This document shows, piece by piece, positions 47,901 through 56,900 of a stretch of DNA of 64,000 bases. The stretch is from Puniceicoccaceae bacterium (GTDB lineage Bacteria > Verrucomicrobiota > Verrucomicrobiia > Opitutales > Oceanipulchritudinaceae), in NCBI GenBank assembly GCA_040830765.1, contig JBFOMH010000005.1:352001-416000 (forward strand), given 5' to 3'. The translations under genes and the position numbers were made by a program. The notes under the pieces are model-generated. The model worked only from the letters and a program-made list of their open reading frames with translations. It made no database searches and was not told the origin of the DNA. Each line of letters begins with the position of its first letter. Position 1 is the first letter of the stretch.

Positions 47901-50900
47901 CAGTTGGGGAGGCGCCTTTGTCACAGTGGATTCCCAGGGAACAGAGGAGACTGCCACCATTACCCTTTCCGGTGTAGGCAGTCTCGAAGGACAGGTATTG
48001 CTTGCTGATGAGGTAACACCCGCTCCCGGCGCGGAGGTCAGGATACGCATAATTGCCGAGACCGTCCCCGTCGAAAACGGTGAAATGGCGCCCCCATCCA
48101 GCGGGGAGGAAGACGTCATCATCGCTGATGCATCGGGCCAGTTTTCATTCAACGATCTTCCGGTCGGAACGATCAATCTACGTGCTGTTTCCCAGTCACT
48201 GGGAGCTAACACCGATGCTGCCATAACCTTCCCCGGGGAGATTGTGACTCAGGACCTCATCCTTTCGGCCAGTGGCACGGTATCCGGCCGGATACTGAGG
48301 GCGGATGCAACAACACCCGCCGAAGGCACGGAAGTCCTCATTACCTTCCAGTCGCAAAGTGGCTTGCCGGGCCGCCTGACTGCCCGGGCTGATGTAAACG
48401 GGCTTTTCAATCTGGAACCGGTTCCGGTTGGCCTCTTCAATGCGGAATTTGTCCTCACCGGTGTGGGAGGATTGGCTCGTCTCTCTGAATCCATCAACTC
48501 GAACGGCGAGATACTGGACCTGGGCGACATCATCCTCGACGAAGACTTCCCGGAGGTCCTTGTCGTCGATCCCGAAGACACGGCCAACGATGTGGATATC
48601 AACACAGCTGTGGAACTTGTCTTCAGTGAAGGACTGGATGCGGATTCCCTCTTCGCGGATGGGGTTCTCCTCCAGACAGCGGACGAGGGAACACCCGTCT
48701 CCACAAACCTGCAGCTATTGCCCGAACAAGGCGGGGATCCCACCGTCCTGAATCGTCTTCTCATTACTCCTGACGCACCGCTGGAAAGTGAAACCACATA
48801 CCAGGTGGTTGTTGTCGACGGTGATTTACTCAATGCAGTGGGCCAGGTGACCAACCGGGGTCCACGCGATCGGGTGGGCCGACCACTCAACGCCCTCTTC
48901 AGTTCCACCTTCACGACCCGGGACCAGAGGCCTCCGGAGCTGCTCTCCTTCACGCCCGAGAACGGGACAGCCCAACTGGACACCCGTTCGGTCATCCGAC
49001 TCTCCTTCGATGAGCCGATTGATGATGGTGCCACCATTAGCCTGAATGGTCCTTCCGGAGCGGTTCCTGGTACAACCTCCCTCGGACTGAACAGCCTTAT
49101 TGTCGTCTTTACACCAGACCTTGAGCTCGAGCCCAATGCGGAATACACAACCTCGGTTTCCAACATCCGCGACCTCGCCGGTAACTTTGCCCTCGACCAG
49201 CCGTTTGTTTCCACTTTCGCGACCCTTGACACAATCGGTCCCTCCATTGCCCAGCTCCGCATCAAGGATGGCCAAATCCCCACCGCCGGGGCCGGGATCG
49301 TCCTTGAGGCCGTCCTCGAATCGCCCGAGCCGGGCGTTCGCATCCGCGTCACGGCTGATTTTGAAAGCATTGGATTGACTGATCCGGGCGTCCTCGAAGT
49401 GCCCTATACATTGGCGGATGCCGGAACGGTCACCTTCCGGGCCATTGCCATTGATCCCTATGGCAACGAGGGCCCATTGGCCGAGTTGCCGGTCACCATC
49501 CTGGCCAACCAGCCTCCACAGATCCAATTCGAGAAATTGCAACCCTCCACGGAGACCGTTGGCAATGGTGAGCTTGTCCAGGTCCGGGTCAGCGCTACTG
49601 ATGACAGCGAGGTCGTCGAACTGCGTGCCGCCATCACCGGTGCGGCCACGGCCAGCCTCCGCTCCACCCCGGGTGATCCCATAACAATAGTCGCCTCCGT
49701 TCCCGATACGGCAATTCCCGGGACGACTGTCGATGTCAGGGCCATTGCGTTTGACAACAGCGATGCGGTATCCGGAGAACAAATTTACAGTATCGAAATT
49801 GTTGATACAGCCCCGCCCAATGCCTCAATTGTGACGCCGGCTGAATTCAGTGTCGCCGATCCGGACCTGCCCTTCCCGGTTGAAATCGCCTGGTCGGACA
49901 ACTCGGGCAGTGCCACCCTGCAAGTGAGCCTGACTGGCCTCAACGTTGACCCGGAAGTCATAGAGGTATCCATGAATCCAAATGAACCGGCGCTTGAGGT
50001 GGTTCAGTTTGACCTGTCTTCGGCACCACTCGACTTGACGGGCTTTTCGGTCTTGGTCCGGGCCATCGATGAGGAGGGGAATGAGTCCTCCACCTCCCGC
50101 GATTTCCTCCTTCCCGACCGGGTACCTCCCCTTCTGCAGTCTGTCACCCCTCTGGATGGTGCATCGGGTATCAGCCTTTGGTCGGGCGGCTGGACCCTTG
50201 TCTTTGATGAAAGCATGGAGGCCACTACCCTGACTGGAGATAACCTTGTCGTCCTTGACGAGGCGGACGCTGTTGTTCCGACGACGATTGCTTCGCCTAC
50301 ACCGGATACGGTAACCATTTCCCCGGATCTCCCCTTGCTACCGGAGACAACCTACCGACTGGTTGTCGGGGCAAACTTGACCGATTTAGCAGGCAATAGC
50401 TGGGAAGAATCGGAAGGCGTCCCGGTTCCCCCGGAAGGCATCCCCTTCACCCTGACAGCAGCCTCACTCGTGCTCGATTCACCATCGGCGGGTGATCCGG
50501 TTATTCCCGGTCAGGAAGTCGAGGTCCGCTTGACTTATGAAGCAACCGCTGGCGTGGATACCTTTTCCATTTCCTTCAATGGCCTCGATCCCGATGTTAT
50601 TGCCGTCGGTAACGAATCCACTACGACGAACGAACTTCTTCGCCTTCCGCTTGATGCCACCGAGGCCGTTCTGCAGGTTTCTGCGGGACGAAGCGGAGAG
50701 CCGGACTTCGTCCTCCCCGGTCGCGTCCTAGACCTGCGCCCGCGCGATGCCGATGACGATGGGGATACCATTCCCAATGGTGTCGAGGCGGACAACGGCC
50801 TGGACCCGTTCCGTGACGACACCGCTGAAGACCTGGACGAGGACGGTGTCTCCAATATTGATGAAATCAATCAAGGCACCTTCCCCGATAACCCCGACTC

Positions 50901-53900
50901 GGATGAAGATGGCCTGAACGACGGTGAGGAAAAGGCAGCCGGTACAAATCCATTGAACGAGGATTCCGATGGCGATGGTATTCTCGATGGGGCGGATCCT
51001 TTCCCCTTGCTCGGCAATCGCAATCCGGTCGCTGAGGACGATTCTGGCTTTACCGTCCCCCAGGGACAAGTACTCAGCATCCAGGAAGCAAATCTACTCG
51101 CCAACGACAGCGATCCAGACGGCGATTCCATTAGCATCGATGCGACCTTCATCCTGTCGGCAACAAATGGATCCGTTGTTTACAGCAGCGCTCTCGGCAC
51201 CTTCACCTACACCCCCGCTGACGGCTTCACCGGTAGCGATTCGTTCGAGTACCAGATTGTTGATGCTTTTGGACTGATAGCCACCGCAAGCGTATCCATA
51301 ACTGTTGGTGAAAACCGGCCTCCGGTCGCCGGTACTGATTCCGGGCTCAACTTGCTTTTCAACGGAGGCTCCGGAAGAGTTACCCTTCCGAACAGCATGA
51401 TTCACGGATCGACCACATTAACAGTGGAAATGTGGTTCAAGGCCGAACCGGGATCCTCCGGGGGCGGCCTCATTGGTTACCAGAATGTTGCCTACCCGGG
51501 AAGTCCGGGTAATTGGATTCCCGCCATCTACATCGGTACGGACGGCAGGCTGCGTGGTGAATATTGGGTTGGCAGCGTAACTCCGATCACCTCAACGGTC
51601 GATGTCCGGGACGGTCAGTGGCACCATGTTTCCCTGATCGGATCCGTCAATACCCAGACGCTCTATCTGGATGGACAACCGGTTGGCACTCTCTCAGGAG
51701 GCATTAACCACCTGAGCATGGTCCACAATCAAATCGGAACCGTCTATACGTCAGTATGGCCTGGCGGCAACGGATCCTGGTTCACCTTCGACGGCCGTAT
51801 CGATAATGTCCGCATCTGGTACCGGGCATTTGATGATACCGAGGCCTTCTCCCTTTTCAGCCAACCGGCCAGCATCGACAGGACCGGGCTCGTAGGAGAA
51901 TACACCTTTGATTCCGATCCGGTACCCGATGTCCTGGACGATAGCGGCCTGGCCAATGACGGTACACTCGAGGGTTCACAAAGTGAACAGCCGCAGTACG
52001 AGCTTTCGGATTCCCCAGTTTCCGGTACAACCATCTATTACAACACTTTCGAAAACCAGGCTTCAGTAGTGACCCTCATCGGCAGCGATGAGGATGGTGA
52101 CGCGCTAAGCGGGATAGTCCTATCACTCCCATCAAACGGTTCCCTTTTCCAACTTGTCAATGGAACGTTCGGGCCGCCAATTGATACAGTTCCAGCGACA
52201 GTAACGGATCCCCTTATGCGACTGGTTTATCAACCGGCAGTCGACTTCACTGGCAATGACCTGTTCCAGTATTTGGTCAATGATGGTATCGAGGATTCCA
52301 ATACCGCGAAGGCCCTCGTGTCCGTTAGTCCGTCCATCTCAGAAACAGGGAATGATCTCTGGGATCCCAGCCTCGGAGCGATCGTAACCGCCTCAAGCGG
52401 GGTTTCCGGATCTTCTTCGGCGGAGAATATGTTCGGCGGTTCCTCTGGAATCGAATCAGAAAACACCCTTTTCCAGGATGGCCAAGCAGCCGGATTCACT
52501 CATTGGGTCGAATGGGAAACGGCTAATTTTGTCGTTGTCGATGGATTCAACCTCTTTGCCGCGGACAATGGATTCGCTTCCGGTGGTGAACGCGGTTTCA
52601 CGGAGATGCGTCTTTACGGGCGCCTTGATACCGCTGAAGCGTTTACCTTGCTGGCTACCCTGAACCCCCCGGCCAATCCATATGCCCCGGATAGCGAATT
52701 CAATAACCAAGTGTTCATCGATCCATTTGCCGGTAAATACTTCCGGGCCGAATTTGACCAGGCGGCCGATACACCGACCAGTGGACCAAGAGTCATTGAG
52801 CTGGATCTGATTGGCGAATCGGTAGCCCTCATCCCGGAAGACATTCCCGTCTCATTGCAGAATGCCAGTTCCGACCAGTCCCAGAACGGCTTCCCGCCCT
52901 CGGAAATGATCGATGGAATTATTGAAGGGGCTAGCACTCAAAACGGCTGGGCCGGTAGCACCAACAGTGGAACGATTTCCATGACGGCCGTAGTGGAAAC
53001 GGTCGAGGATATCCTGGCAGAAACGACAACTGAGTTTACCTTCGAGATGATTCAGCCATACGGGAGTGGCCACTTCCTCGGAAGATTCCGTATCTCCGCA
53101 ACAACCGATTCGCGGGATCAATTCGCCGATGGACAGGCCATTGGCGGTGATATAACTGCCAATTGGACAGTCCTCGATGTGCTTGAGATTACCAGTACCG
53201 GTGGAGAGACATTCACCGTCCTCGGGGACGGCTCCATCCTCGTCAGCGGCAACCTGCCCTCATCGACTACCTACACCGTACGGGCTTCCGGCATTGAGGG
53301 CGCTGTCACGGGCTTCCGTGTGGAGGCTATCGAAGACGCGTCGTTACCAACCAACGGACCGGGACGAGCCGGCAACGGCAATTGGGTCCTCAATGAACTG
53401 CAGGTTTACAATGATGGGGTGACCATCAACCGGGGACCGCTAGCTAACGATGATGCTTATCAGGCTACCCAGGGATTCAGCCTGACCACTGGCAATGTCC
53501 TCACCAATGACACTGACCCGGAAGGGGACACCATCAGCATCCTCGAATTCACCCAGGCGGCAAACGGTTCTGTCGTGGATAATGGTGACGGTACATTTAC
53601 TTACACATCCGATCCTTCCTTTAGCGGCGAGGATTCCTTCACCTATCGCATCACCGATGGTTTCCAAACAAGTCTGGCGGCAACAGTTACGATCACCGTC
53701 AACCCCAGTGAATTTGTTGCCTGGAACAATCCCGCCGGTGGCGACTGGCATGATCCTGCCAACTGGCAACCGGCCCGTGTTCCCAATGGTACGGACAGGG
53801 CCCTGGTAGCGCTTCCCGGTGCCTATACCGTCAGCCTGACAGCTGGTGTTAACGTAACCGACCTGACCGTTGGAGGAGATGGTGCGGAGGCGACCCTGCG

Positions 53901-56900
53901 CCTGAATGGACAAGTCCTGACCCTGCAGCAGGACTCCACCGTCCTTGCCGGTTCATCCTTCATCATCGATGGCAACAGTCGGTTGACGATGCAGAATGGT
54001 ACCACCTTGACCGTCAACGGCACCCTTGAATTCAACCGTGGCACCATCACAAACGGCGGAACACTGGTTCTGGGCAACGGTGGTATCGGTACCCTTTCCG
54101 GGACCAGCCAGAAGTGGATCGACGGAACCCTCCGCAACCATGGCACCCTGACCTACAACGGGACACAGGTCCGCTTTGGCGTCGATGCCTCCAACCTCAC
54201 CTGCCAGTTGGTCAACGCCCCGGACGGAATTTTCATTGCCGATGGCGATGGGGATTTCGCACAATGGAACGGCAGCCAGAATTACAGCATTATCAATGAG
54301 GGAACCTGGATTCGCCGGGGAACCGGCACTACCGCGGTACTCAATCCTGTCCGCTTCAACAGTACCGGGACTGTCCAGATCGAGGAAGGGACATTCCGCT
54401 TTACCCAGTCGACCAATTTCTCCGGAACGGTCGAGGGAGCAGGTACCATTTATTTCAATGGCGGCACCCATGCCCTTGGCGATGGCATGACCTTTGAACC
54501 CGCCTCCATGCTCACCGAGAGCTCAACGATAAACTTCGGCACAGGTGTCTATCAAACGATCAACACGCTCGACCTCAACAGTGCCACTGCCGTTTTCAAG
54601 GAAGACAGGTCCGTACCGAACGTAATCATCAGGGGTACCAGCCGGGTGACGGTGCTGAATGATTCCACCCTCACCGCCACCAGCACCCTCGACTTCAGCC
54701 GGGGAATCATTACCAATGGGGGCACACTGGCTCTCGCCAATGGCGCCACCGGCACCCTCTCCGGCACCGTGCAAAAGTGGATCGATGGAACGCTGCTCAA
54801 CCATGGCACCCTCACTTACTCGGGCACCCAGGTCCGCTTTGGAATCGACGCCTCCAACCTCACCAGCCAACTCATCAATGCCCCCGACGGAGTCTTCATT
54901 GCCGATGGGGATGGAGATTTCGAACAATGGAACGGCGGCCAGAATTACAGCATACTCAATGAGGGCACCTGGATCCGCAGGGGCGCAGGCACAACAGCGG
55001 TCCTCAATCCAGTCCGTTTCACCAGTAGCGGCCTTATCCAGGTCGAGGAAGGGACATTCCGCTTTACCCAGTCAACCAACCTCTCCGGAACGGTAGAGGG
55101 AGCGGGTACCATTTACTTCAACGGCGGTTCCCATGTTCTTGGGGATGGCATGACCTTTGAGCCGGCATCCATGCTCACAGAAAGTACCACAGTGACCTTC
55201 GGCACGGGCGTTTATCCGGGCATAAACTCCCTCGATGCCAACAGCGCTCACATTATCTTCTCCGAGGACCGCTCCATTCCCAATGTGACCATCCGGGGCA
55301 CGGGTCGACTCACCATGCAGAATGGCTCCACCCTGACGGCTACCAACAGCCTCAGCTTTACTCGCGGCACCATTACCAACGGTGGAACCCTGGCTCTGGG
55401 CAGCGGCGCCACCGGCACCCTCTCCGGGACCAGCCAGAAGTGGATTGACGGCATCCTCCTCAACCACGGCACCCTCACTTATTCCGGTTCCGAAATCCGC
55501 TTTGGAATTGATGCTTCCAACCTTACCTGCCAGCTCATCAATGCCCCGGATGGTATCTTCATTGCCGACGGGGATGGGGATTTCCAACAATGGAATGGCA
55601 GCCAGAATTATAGCATCCTCAATGAAGGGACCTGGATCCGACGGGGAACCGGCACCACCGCCATTCTCAACCCCGTCCGCTTCACCAGTACTGGTTCCAT
55701 TCAGGTCGAGGAAGGAACCCTCCGCTTTACCCAGTCGACCAACCTCTCCGGCACCGTCGAGGGGGCCGGGACGATCTATTTCAACGGTGGTTCCCATGTC
55801 CTCGGCGACGGCATGACCTTCGAGCCGGCTTCCATGCTCACAGAAAGTACCACGGTGACCTTCGGAGCGGGTGTCTACCAGACCATTGACACGCTCGACG
55901 CCAACAGCGCCCACATCATCTTCCCAGAGAATCGCTCCATACCCAATATTACCATCCGGGGCACCGGCCGCCTGACCATGCAGAACGGATCCACCCTGAC
56001 CGCGACCAACAATCTCACATACAGCCGGGGCACCATTACCAATGGAGGTACCCTCGTCCTCGCCAACGGGGCTACCGGTACCCTTTCCGGGACCAGCCAG
56101 AAGTGGATTGACGGCATCCTTCGCAACCACGGTACCCTTACCTATTCCGGTGCTGAGTTCCGTTTTGGTTTGGATGCTTCAAACCTTACCAGCCAACTCA
56201 TCAATGCCCCGGATGGCACCTTTATTGCCGATGGGGATGGGGATTTCCAACAATGGAACGGCAGCCAGAACTACAGTATCCTCAATGAGGGCACCTGGAT
56301 CCGACGGGGAGCTGGCACGACCGCCATCCTCAATCCTGTCCGTTTCACCAGTACCGGTTCAGTGCAAATTGAGGAAGGGACTCTGCGGTTGACTCAATCA
56401 TCCAACTTCTCCGGTACCGTCGAGGGAGCTGGAACCCTCTTTTTAAATGGGGGTACCCACACTCTGGCAGATGATATGACCTTTGAACCAGCGGTTCTGA
56501 ATACCACAAGCACCACCGTCGTTTTCGGTACAGGGACTTTCCAAACTGTCCAAGCCCTTGATGCCAATGCTTCCGCCCTTGTCTTCCCGGAGGACCGCTC
56601 CATCCCCAACCTGACCATTCGCTCCAACGGTCGCCTGACCATGCAGAACGGCTCCACCATGACGGTCAATAACACCCTCGATTTCCGGAACGGCATCATC
56701 ACCAATGGCGGGACGCTGGCACTTGCCAGCAGCGCGACCGGAACGCTTTCCGGAACTTCCCAAAAATGGATCGATGGTACCCTCCGCAACCATGGCACCC
56801 TCACTTACACCGGCTCCCAGGTCGTCTTTGGTCGCGATGCCAGCAACCTGACCAGCCTTCTTGAGAACGCTTCCGACGGAACCTTTGTCATCGATGGCGG

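Noticed and set aside
48249..49782. Long antisense ORFs of 373 aa and 318 aa
   Set aside because: Shadows of the giant ORF with no independent coding signal.
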